From Promethearchaeota archaeon (GTDB lineage Archaea; Asgardarchaeota; Lokiarchaeia; Sigyniarchaeales; SOKP01), in assembly GCA_019058245.1 (NCBI GenBank), contig JAHPZJ010000005.1:1-40054 (forward strand): a DNA stretch of 40,054 nucleotides, written 5' to 3'. Made by a program: the position numbers and the translations under genes. Positions 9,889 to 18,459 of this stretch are shown in pieces. The notes under the pieces are model-generated. The model saw nothing but the letters and a program-made list of their open reading frames with translations, made no database searches and was not told the origin of the DNA. How positions within the stretch are numbered: the first letter of the stretch is position 1; each line of letters starts with the position of its first letter.

Positions 9889-10764
9889 CTACAATTCTTT
9901 TGTTTTTTTAATTGGGAGTTTAAATTCTTCCAAAAGTGGAACTAGATGCTTTTTATCTTCAGAATTAGTGCCTTTCCAGTCAATAATGAAATAATCTACT
10001 TTTTCAATAGTATTTTGAATCATTTTTTGAATTAAATCTTTATTTAACTGCTGAACATAATATTTTGGGCAAATAAATGACATTGCTATATTTTTATTAT
10101 TAATTAATCTAAAGAAATTTGGGGCATAATGGGTGCCTCCAAATCCTAATCCTATTTTATCATTTTTTTCTTGTTTTAATTCTAGATATTTGGAGATTGT
10201 GTTAATAATCACATTTACGAGTAGTTCACCAGCACTATCAATAACCCATTCTTTCTTACTACTCCCTAATTCCATAAATATTAAGGGTTTATCTAATTTT
10301 GTAGGACCATGATGAGTTACTTCAATATCAATTGAAAAAGTATCTAATTGTGGTGGAAATTTTTGTTCAATCAAAGATAATAGTCCTGCTTTGAGTAATA
10401 AAGCACTAGTTTTTGATAAATCTCGAGGTTCACCTCCAAAATTTATGTCTTCTGTCCAATTCCCGGTTGTATGGACAAGAAAAGCAGGACGAGCAGTTTT
10501 TGAGATATGCCTGCTAGCAAAAATTAGTAGATCAGGATTCAATTCAGATTTATCCAATCTTAGGTTATTTAGAGAAATTAAGGACTCTTTGGTAAAACCA
10601 AGAACAACTTCATTCTTAGGAGAATCTGTCTTTAATTTAAAAACTGGATTCTCATGCCAGGTGAAATTAGTTTCTTCGAATTTAATAGCATTAGAATTTA
10701 AAAACTTATCACGCATATTCATTGAAGCTTTATCTTCGGAGGATGTTAAAATTAAAAACTGGAT
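9889..10764 (-). CDS. dtdA: D-aminoacyl-tRNA deacylase (archaeal DtdA/DTD2)
   Basis: FASRH, VHTTGN, EVTHHGPT, FMELGS, GFGGTHYAP, IDWKG; family N-terminal motif (LILTSSEDKAS) lies upstream of the track's ATG, implying an ATC start at 10764. Confidence 0.92.
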   Translation of the reverse strand: MQFLILTSSEDKASMNMRDKFLNSNAIKFEETNFTWHENPVFKLKTDSPKNEVVLGFTKESLISLNNLRLDKSELNPDLLIFASRHISKTARPAFLVHTTGNWTEDINFGGEPRDLSKTSALLLKAGLLSLIEQKFPPQLDTFSIDIEVTHHGPTKLDKPLIFMELGSSKKEWVIDSAGELLVNVIINTISKYLELKQEKNDKIGLGFGGTHYAPNFFRLINNKNIAMSFICPKYYVQQLNKDLIQKMIQNTIEKVDYFIIDWKGTNSEDKKHLVPLLEEFKLPIKKTKEL

Positions 10765-10879
10765 TTAATCTCACCTATGAGTCATTTATTCCTCTTTATT
10801 TCAGAAAATCAATAGAATTATTTTAAAATTTATATTATTACTACAACTTTATTATATTTTAAATCTATTTTCAATATTA

Positions 10880-11842
10880 ATGAGTGCTAATTTAATAATA
10901 GTTCTAATACTTGGTTTAGCTTTTGGAATAATATTTTTCATTGCAGATTATTTTGAAAATAAACTTATTAAAGTACACGCATCATTGATAGCAGGAATTT
11001 CAATATCATATTTTTTCCTAATAGTTCTTCCTGAAATTGCTAAAAGATTACCCGAGTTTCCTTTTGATTTAATTCTTTTCGAATATCTTTTTGTTCTTGT
11101 CGGTTTTTCATTTGTCCATGTTTCTGAAAAATTAATTCTACAGAAAGTTGAAATAAGGACTCAAAAAAAAATGAGAAAATTACTCAAAAAAGAGAAAATT
11201 TTAGAAAATGTTGAGCGTAATATGGAAAAAATTCTTACAAAAGAATTAATTCATGAAAATCAAGATGAAATTGCCCTAAGACAAATTGCCCAAACATTAT
11301 CTGAATTAAATAAACAAGAAGAGGGAATGAAATTAGAAATAAATAACTATAAAATTAAGATTCAAAACAAAATTAATAAAGAATTAACTAACTTCCGTAC
11401 AATAACAGATTACATTTATCACTTTCTTGTTGGAATTATTTTAATGGGGCTTCTAAGGATTGAATTAGTAGGAGCTATTCTTTTTTTCATATATGCCCTC
11501 TTTAGAACCGTTGTAACTAAACGTTCTGAAGCGCATTTCATATTTACTGATTTAGAAATCTATGATGAACAAAAATTTAATCAAAAAACTATAATTAGAT
11601 ATCTTTCATGTGGATCTGCTTTAACTGGAATAATAATTGGCCTTATAATAAATTTTTTCTTCCCAGTTAATCTAGAACTCCTCTTTATTTTCTATTCTTT
11701 CATATCAGGAGTCATTTTATATGTCATTGTGAGGGAAGTTATACCCGAAAAAGAGAAAGGAGATCCTGTAAAATTCATTATTGGTTTAGTAGGATTTGCT
11801 ATAATCATTATAATAATCAATGTTTTTACTACCGTTTTATAA
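10880..11842 (+). CDS. ZIP-like membrane protein with long coiled-coil loop
   Basis: AGISISYFFLIVLPE and SGVILYVIVREVIPE resemble ZIP TM motifs; about 8 hydrophobic segments. Confidence 0.6.
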   Translation: MSANLIIVLILGLAFGIIFFIADYFENKLIKVHASLIAGISISYFFLIVLPEIAKRLPEFPFDLILFEYLFVLVGFSFVHVSEKLILQKVEIRTQKKMRKLLKKEKILENVERNMEKILTKELIHENQDEIALRQIAQTLSELNKQEEGMKLEINNYKIKIQNKINKELTNFRTITDYIYHFLVGIILMGLLRIELVGAILFFIYALFRTVVTKRSEAHFIFTDLEIYDEQKFNQKTIIRYLSCGSALTGIIIGLIINFFFPVNLELLFIFYSFISGVILYVIVREVIPEKEKGDPVKFIIGLVGFAIIIIIINVFTTVL

Positions 11843-12001
11843 TTTGAAATCATAATTCGTAAAGACAAACCATTAATAGTTTTAATTTCTTATAAAATAG
11901 AATATATAATCTAAGTATTCCTTATTTCAATAATTTTAACCTTTATAAACATTTATATTCATTAAAACTAAGTTTAAATTAATGTGAGGTTATGAATTAA
12001 A

Positions 12002-12583
12002 ATGGAAATGAAGAAAAAAAGTTTTAATCAAATTCTGTCCATAGATAATGATGATAAAAGGATTATCGAAATGATTGAAAGAGATCCAGATATAACCCAT
12101 AGTGATATTGCTAAAGAAATTGATAAATCTCAACCTGCTGTGGGTGCTCGAATTATCAAATTAGAAAGAAAAAATCTTTTAACCAAGCAAGTCGGTTTTA
12201 ATATCAAGAAAGTTGATATTAAAGTAGCTATAGTCTATATTGCTACGAAAGATGTGGATGATATTGTTCACAAGATTGAGAACTGTCCGTTTATTAATCA
12301 CGCGTTTAAGATCAGTGGTGAATTTAATTTACTCTGCTTTATCGCAGCTTCAGATCTACAAACCATTGAAAAACTAGTAGATCTTTGCTTTAGGAGAGAT
12401 AAAAACGTAATTAATGTTAAGACAAATATACTCATTGAATCAATTCATGACTTTGTTGTCCCGATTGATTTCCAAATTGAGAATTTTGATGGTAGATATT
12501 GTGGTCCTGACTGTTCTCTCCAAGAAAATCTTCCAAAATTTAAATTCAATCAAAAAATTACAGAAGAAAATACAGAAGAATAA
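12002..12583 (+). CDS. Lrp/AsnC family regulator (Cys-containing)
   Basis: HTH DPDITHSDIAKEIDKSQPAVGARIIKLE; RAM domain ISGEFN; CPF and C-terminal CGPDC. Confidence 0.9.
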   Translation: MEMKKKSFNQILSIDNDDKRIIEMIERDPDITHSDIAKEIDKSQPAVGARIIKLERKNLLTKQVGFNIKKVDIKVAIVYIATKDVDDIVHKIENCPFINHAFKISGEFNLLCFIAASDLQTIEKLVDLCFRRDKNVINVKTNILIESIHDFVVPIDFQIENFDGRYCGPDCSLQENLPKFKFNQKITEENTEE

Positions 12584-12627
12584 AAATTAACTCTCTTTTA
12601 AATCTATAATTAGCTCTAAACTTTCTT

Positions 12628-13170
12628 TTATTTTAATAAACCTTTCGCTTTAGCTATTTTATACTTACACTTCTCTCCACAACCATCTTCTAAAGTTGGA
12701 TCATGTTCTTCAGAATCAAAATCAATGGGTAAAATAAAATCCTTGGCAATATCAAGAACAATTTCCATAGAAGAACTACTTATTTGGGGATTATTTCGAA
12801 AATGATAATTAACAATATTATCAAGTTTTTGAAGTTTTGAACTAGCAAGTAAGATACAAACATTATGCTCACCAGAGAGTTTAAACGCGTTTAACATAAA
12901 GGGACAATGTTTAGCCATATCCAAAATTTCTCCTGGATTTTTAGTTTGTATCTCCACAGTTGCAAGGTGTAAATCGACTCGTTTAAAGTTGATTCCAGGC
13001 TGGAATTGTAAAATACCATTTTTTTCCAGCTTTTTAATTCGCATTCCAACAGTTGGCTGCGATCTATTTATTTTTGAAGCAATCTCTGTATGTGTAAGGT
13101 TAGGATCCTCTTGAACAAGAGAAATTATTTGCCTATCAACCTCATCAAGCTTTAATTTATCTGAAATCAT
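12628..13170 (-). CDS. Lrp/AsnC family regulator (Cys-containing)
   Basis: LDEVDRQII...HTEIASKINRSQPTVGMRIKKLE; CPF, LSGEHN, CGEKC. Confidence 0.92.
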   Translation of the reverse strand: MISDKLKLDEVDRQIISLVQEDPNLTHTEIASKINRSQPTVGMRIKKLEKNGILQFQPGINFKRVDLHLATVEIQTKNPGEILDMAKHCPFMLNAFKLSGEHNVCILLASSKLQKLDNIVNYHFRNNPQISSSSMEIVLDIAKDFILPIDFDSEEHDPTLEDGCGEKCKYKIAKAKGLLK

Positions 13171-13472
13171 AATATTCTCACAAATTTTTTTCTACTAATT
13201 ATGTAATAATCCTCAAAATTTATAAAATATTAGTATTAATTTATAAAAAATTAATTCTAATTATTGATTTATTTCAATCCAATGCTAAAAAAAAATTTAT
13301 CATTGAATTCATTTTATTATAGTTAATTACCAATTAGCATTCGAAAGTTATATTATCCATATGAACAGGAATTGATCTTTCTTATCGAGAGTCTCTATTC
13401 TCTTAAACTGATTATAGAAATATTTGTAATCATTGATATCACACAAATAAGAAAAAAAAAGAGAAGTTAAAA

Positions 13473-14036
13473 TTAACTTGCAACGAATTCAATAGAAAAC
13501 TGATTGAGATCTGGAGACTGATAAAGATAAAATGGATCACTTGGGTCTGAAGTTACCCTCATCTCAAAATAATCATTCCCATCACTTAGAACATAACCAC
13601 TTGCATGAACTTGATAATATGTTTGTAAAGTAGAGGGAGTCCTATAACTAACCATAATAAAATCAAAATTCCCGTTTTTACGAAGTTCTAATTCATATTT
13701 GTAAGGCGTGGTTAAACTTGACAATTGCATAATAATTTGTATTCTATACCATCCTGCTTTAATTAAAGTTAACCTTGTGCCTGAGCGAGTGAGAGTGATA
13801 TAGCTTGAATCATTGTAAGAATTATCTAAAAGTTCAACAAGCCAATCGGTTGTTAAAGTATATGGAGCATAATCGGTATTCTCATCAAGGTTATCCCATA
13901 TTCCTACTAGTTTCTCTCCTGAATCTATAGATTGGGTCGAAATTATAGGTTGGATCAAAATGAAGATGTATACACTTAATCCAAGGGCAATAATGCTAAT
14001 AATTCCAAAAATAATTGTACCTGTTTTTTTTGACAT
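13473..14036 (-). CDS. Membrane-anchored beta-sandwich protein, C1q/TNF/BclA-C-like
   Basis: N-terminal TM helix; LTLIKAGWYRIQ, LRKNG, VLSDGNDYFE pattern; likely ATG 14036. Confidence 0.55.
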   Translation of the reverse strand: MSKKTGTIIFGIISIIALGLSVYIFILIQPIISTQSIDSGEKLVGIWDNLDENTDYAPYTLTTDWLVELLDNSYNDSSYITLTRSGTRLTLIKAGWYRIQIIMQLSSLTTPYKYELELRKNGNFDFIMVSYRTPSTLQTYYQVHASGYVLSDGNDYFEMRVTSDPSDPFYLYQSPDLNQFSIEFVAS

Positions 14037-14454
14037 AAGAATCACAAAATGATCAGTTCATATAAAAATATTTAGTATGACCATGAAATATTAAAAAATT
14101 CTTCTAAAAATTTTAAAAAAATTACCATCTCTCTCTTTTTTGAAAACAATTCCAACACAATCATTAATTTCCTCGTAAATTTTCCAAAATCAATTTAAAA
14201 TATAAGAAAATAATAAAAAAAAGAAGAAAGATTTTCATCCTTTTTATTTCACCAATAAATCTGTTTGGTCTTAAAAGAAATGTCCCTTTCATTAAATTTG
14301 AGATATCAAAAAGAGATATTTATTATTTTTCATAAATTTCTTATCATTATCTAATATCAAATATATTTAGAATACATTATCAGTCAAATTAAGTAGCGTT
14401 ATTATAGAATATAACCTTAATAGATAAAAAGAGTTTTTTATTTTTTTAATCATA

Positions 14455-14694
14455 TTGAGTGAAGTAGACGAACGAGCCATAATTGAAAGTTATAAATTTC
14501 ATCATATAGATATATCTAAATGTAAGCAATGTAAAGAATTTTCATGTGAAGAGGCGTGTTTTAGAGGTATCTATGAAGTTATCAATAAAGATACTATACC
14601 TAAATGTATTGTGGTTGAAGATCGTGAAGATAGGTGTGTTAAATGTCACATCTGTACAACGGCTTGTAAACTTAGAGCTATAACAATTGATTAG
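14455..14694 (+). CDS. 2x[4Fe-4S]-type ferredoxin
   Basis: CKQCKEFSCEEAC and CVKCHICTTAC; TTG start. Confidence 0.88.
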   Translation: MSEVDERAIIESYKFHHIDISKCKQCKEFSCEEACFRGIYEVINKDTIPKCIVVEDREDRCVKCHICTTACKLRAITID

Positions 14695-14709
14695 AAGTCC
14701 TAAGGCAGT

Positions 14710-15222
14710 TTAAAATTCACAGTTCCCACAACAAGAATTCTCTAATTCAATCCTAGAAAAATCAAAGTTTAAATCTATTGGTAAAACAAAATCTTCTACC
14801 ACATCTTCAATAATATCCATATGAACATTTGAGATTTCTGGATTACCTCGAAGATGATGATTGATTACATGATCGAGATCCTTTAATGATAAACCCGCTA
14901 TTATAATGCTGATGTTATTATTTCCACTCAATCTAAATGCAGTGAGCATAAAAGGACAGTGTCTTACTATATCAAAGATTTTATTGGGATTTTTAGTAAG
15001 TATATCAACACGGGCAAATAGCAAATCAGCGACTTTAATATTTATACCTGCTTGATATTTCAAAATTCCTAATTTCTCTAATTTTTTTACCCGCATTCCA
15101 ATTGTGGGCTGGCTCCTATTTACACGCCCTGCAATCTCAGTATGTGTAAGGTTTGGTTCTTTTTGGATTAATTCCATTATTTTACAATCTATATCATCAA
15201 TTCCAATTCTTTCACTTAACAT
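14710..15222 (-). CDS. Lrp/AsnC family regulator (Cys-containing)
   Basis: HTEIAGRVNRSQPTIGMRVKKLE; CPF, LSG, C-terminal CCGNC. Confidence 0.92.
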   Translation of the reverse strand: MLSERIGIDDIDCKIMELIQKEPNLTHTEIAGRVNRSQPTIGMRVKKLEKLGILKYQAGINIKVADLLFARVDILTKNPNKIFDIVRHCPFMLTAFRLSGNNNISIIIAGLSLKDLDHVINHHLRGNPEISNVHMDIIEDVVEDFVLPIDLNFDFSRIELENSCCGNCEF

Positions 15223-15287
15223 TTTCTTACAACAACTTTTTTTAATTGGTTAATTAATATGAAAAATGAAAACATGAGTATTCACTA

Positions 15288-15304
15288 ATCGCGGTATCGC
15301 GATA
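15288..15304. promoter_or_regulatory. GC-rich palindrome between divergent Lrp and ArsR genes
   Basis: ATCGCG-GTAT-CGCGAT (15288-15303) overlapping perfect TATCGCGATA (15295-15304). Confidence 0.45.
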
Positions 15305-15423
15305 TAAGAATATTACGATTACATCATATTTAAAGTTTTGTGTCTATCATGTTAATATAAAAGCATTAATAAACCATTAAAAAAAGCTTTAAAAACTAGT
15401 AAAAAGAATAATCTAATCAATCG

Positions 15424-15759
15424 ATGAGTGAATTTAGAAAGTATACCATTGAATTTTTAAAAGTATTATCAAATTCTACAAGGCTGGAAATTTTAGATAT
15501 ACTAAAAAATAGTGAAAAAAATTCATCAGAAATCAAAAAGATACTAGGCAGATCTCAATCAACGGTTTCTAAACATCTTAATATGCTCCTCGAGAATAAT
15601 CTTATAGATTATGAGAGAAGAGATAATATCAAATACTATAAAATACAAAATGCTGATGTATTTACTTTACTTACAAATATAAATTCAATAGTAGGAAATA
15701 TCTATAAAGAAAAGTTTAAGGATATTAGAGACGAGGATATACATGATATACTATCTTAA
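15424..15759 (+). CDS. ArsR/SmtB family HTH regulator
   Basis: LKVLSNSTRLEILDIL...SQSTVSKHLNML...YY. Confidence 0.9.
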   Translation: MSEFRKYTIEFLKVLSNSTRLEILDILKNSEKNSSEIKKILGRSQSTVSKHLNMLLENNLIDYERRDNIKYYKIQNADVFTLLTNINSIVGNIYKEKFKDIRDEDIHDILS

Positions 15760-15801
15760 CTCATAAAAAATATAAAAAGTTATAATAATCCTTCAATTCT
15801 T

Positions 15802-16350
15802 ATGAATATTTCAAAAGTTAATGAATCTACAGAAGAATCCAAAAAAATTATATTGATGGGTTTGGATAATAGCGGAAAAACTTCAATAGTAAGTTGTTTG
15901 AAGGGGAATAAGGGTATTTCTGCTTTTAATAATCCAAAACCTACAAAAGGACTTGACGTCCAAAACTTTAAAGTTTCAGATTCAAAGTATGCTGTTTGGG
16001 ATTTTGGTGGTCAAAAAGCATACATTGAGGATTATTTTAAAGATTTCAGCAATTATTCAAAAGGCGTGAGCAAAATTATTTACGTAATTGATATTCAAGA
16101 TGTTAAGCGTTATGATCTCGCACTTGAATATCTAAAAAAGCTAATAAATTCAATTGATACAACTAATAAAATCGATTTTTCTATTTTTCTTCATAAATTT
16201 GATCCAGATTTAGTATTTAATCGTAGCTTGAGTGAAATCGTAATTAATGATTTTATTAAAAAAATTAAAGAGATTATTCCTTTAGATATTGCATATTCAA
16301 TAAATAAAACAACAATTTATGCAATATTTGAAAAATCTAAAATCAAATAA
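15802..16350 (+). CDS. Small GTPase, Rag/Gtr-Arf-like (eukaryotic signature protein)
   Basis: G1 LMGLDNSGKTS, G2 PTKG, G3 WDFGGQ, G4 HKFD, G5-like TTIY; no C-terminal roadblock domain. Confidence 0.9.
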   Translation: MNISKVNESTEESKKIILMGLDNSGKTSIVSCLKGNKGISAFNNPKPTKGLDVQNFKVSDSKYAVWDFGGQKAYIEDYFKDFSNYSKGVSKIIYVIDIQDVKRYDLALEYLKKLINSIDTTNKIDFSIFLHKFDPDLVFNRSLSEIVINDFIKKIKEIIPLDIAYSINKTTIYAIFEKSKIK

Positions 16351-16436
16351 ATGCTTTTTAATATTTTTTTTAAATATTTTTAATCAGATGCAATTTTTTA
16401 ATAATAAATAAAAAAATACTAAATATTATCGAAGTA

Positions 16437-18392
16437 TTGCATTTAATCATATTAAAAAAGGTGATATTTTTACAAGAAATAAGAAATAAAGATTCACATA
16501 GCTTACAAACTAGATCATCAATAATTATCTTTGTTATTGTATTATTCTTAATTTTTCTAACACGTATTATTAGTTTTCTTTTATTCCATACTATAGCAGA
16601 ATTATTTAGTATAGTCATAGCATTTAGCGTTTTTGCTATAGGTTGGAACACTAGAAAAAACATAGAAAGCTCTCTTTTCTTGATTTTAGGGGTTAGTTTC
16701 GCCTTTATTGGTTTAATAGATCTTCTTCATACGTTAGCATATAAAGGATTGGATATATTTGAAGGTTATGATGCAAATTTGCCTACTCAATTATGGATTG
16801 CTGCAAGATACCTTCAAGCAGGTTCCTTTCTTATTGCAGTCATTTTATTTAATAAAAAAATTAATCCAAATCAATTAGTTATTTTTTATACGATTTTAAT
16901 AATTATTTTGCTTCTATTAATTTTCTCAGAGATTTTCCCTGTCTGTTATATCGAAGGATCTGGACTTACTACATTTAAAATTGTCAGTGAATACGTAATT
17001 ATTGGTATTCTATTGGGAGTTATCTTATATTTATACAAATTGAGGAAAGAATTTGCCCGACCAATGTTCAATCTTATGGTTTTTTCAAATATATTTACAA
17101 TTTTTGCAGAGTTAGCTTTTACTACTTATATTAGTGTCTATGGGGTCTCTATTATAATTGGACACATTTTTAAAATCATCTCTTTTTACCTTATTTACTT
17201 AGCAATTATCCATAAGGGTCTTGAAGATCCCCTTAATACATTATTTTCCAAATTAAAACATAGCGAAGAAACTCTTGTTATGAAAGCGGAAGATCTTGAA
17301 AGAGCATATTCCCTCTTAAAAGAATCGGAAGAAAAATTCAGACTTACTTTTGAAAATGCTTCAGATGCGTTAATATGGGCAGACACTAGTACTGGAACTA
17401 TCCTAAATTGTAATCATGCGACAGAAATTCTTCTAGAACGTAATAAAGAAGAAATTATTGGGATGAATCAAACAAATTTACATCCCCCCGAAAAGAGGGA
17501 ATTTTATAAAAATTTGTTTAAACGCCATGTAGAATCTGAAGAAATCCGCTCTGATGAAGCAGAAGTGATTACTAAATCAGGAAAAGTGATACCAGTGACA
17601 ATTTCTGCTTCTAATATTGTAGTTGGTGGAGATCTGATAATCCAAGGAATATTTCATGATATTAGCAAAATAAAAAAGGCGGAACAGAAACTAAAAAATA
17701 TGGTTTCAACAGTATCTCATGAATTAAGAACACCTATAACTGTATTAATTATGTCAATGGACCTTTATAGAGATAGACAAGATTCAATGACCCCTGAATT
17801 ACAAAACAAAATTATTGAAACGATGGAAAGAAATATCACGCTTCTAAAAGATTTATCAGAGGATATTCTAACTATCTCAAAAATAGATGAAAAAAAGATG
17901 GAACTTGAATTGAGTGAATTTAAATTGTTGGATATAATAATGGATATTGTAATATTTCTAAAGCCATTTTGTCAAGAAAAGAATGTGAGTTTTAATATTG
18001 ATATTGACAAAAATATAGAACTTAAAGGGGATAATAAAAAAATTGACCAAGTTTTTCGTATTGTACTTGATAATGCGATAAAATACTCATTTGAAGATTC
18101 AATGGTAAATATAAATGCAATAGATAATTACAAAAGTCAATCTAATCTTGTTGAAAAAAAAGATGGTGTATTGATTCAATTTAAGAACCATGGGATAGGA
18201 ATTAGTAGAGAAGATCTCCCTCATATTTTTGATAGATTTTATCGAGCTTCAAATGTAGGGGATATTTCTGGAACAGGATTAGGATTAGCAATTGCAAAAG
18301 CTATTGTTCAACTTCATCAAGGAGAAATTTATATTGAAAGTGAATTAGGTAAAAGTACCACTTTTTCGATATTTTTCCCAAAAATAAATTAA
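16437..18392 (+). CDS. Membrane sensor histidine kinase (MASE3-PAS-HisKA-HATPase); start uncertain
   Basis: MASE3-like FHTIAELFS, DLLHTLAYKG, TQLWIAARY; PAS FENASDA; H-box SHELRTP; N-box DNAIKY; GTGLGL. Confidence 0.93.
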   Translation: MHLIILKKVIFLQEIRNKDSHSLQTRSSIIIFVIVLFLIFLTRIISFLLFHTIAELFSIVIAFSVFAIGWNTRKNIESSLFLILGVSFAFIGLIDLLHTLAYKGLDIFEGYDANLPTQLWIAARYLQAGSFLIAVILFNKKINPNQLVIFYTILIIILLLLIFSEIFPVCYIEGSGLTTFKIVSEYVIIGILLGVILYLYKLRKEFARPMFNLMVFSNIFTIFAELAFTTYISVYGVSIIIGHIFKIISFYLIYLAIIHKGLEDPLNTLFSKLKHSEETLVMKAEDLERAYSLLKESEEKFRLTFENASDALIWADTSTGTILNCNHATEILLERNKEEIIGMNQTNLHPPEKREFYKNLFKRHVESEEIRSDEAEVITKSGKVIPVTISASNIVVGGDLIIQGIFHDISKIKKAEQKLKNMVSTVSHELRTPITVLIMSMDLYRDRQDSMTPELQNKIIETMERNITLLKDLSEDILTISKIDEKKMELELSEFKLLDIIMDIVIFLKPFCQEKNVSFNIDIDKNIELKGDNKKIDQVFRIVLDNAIKYSFEDSMVNINAIDNYKSQSNLVEKKDGVLIQFKNHGIGISREDLPHIFDRFYRASNVGDISGTGLGLAIAKAIVQLHQGEIYIESELGKSTTFSIFFPKIN

Positions 18393-18459
18393 ATTTAAGA
18401 TAAAATATATATATAATTTCATTTATTATTTTTCCAATTAGAGATATAGGCGAATTATC

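Noticed and set aside
14050-14450. Short ORFs in the long intergenic region
   Set aside because: At most about 42 codons, low-complexity, no motif
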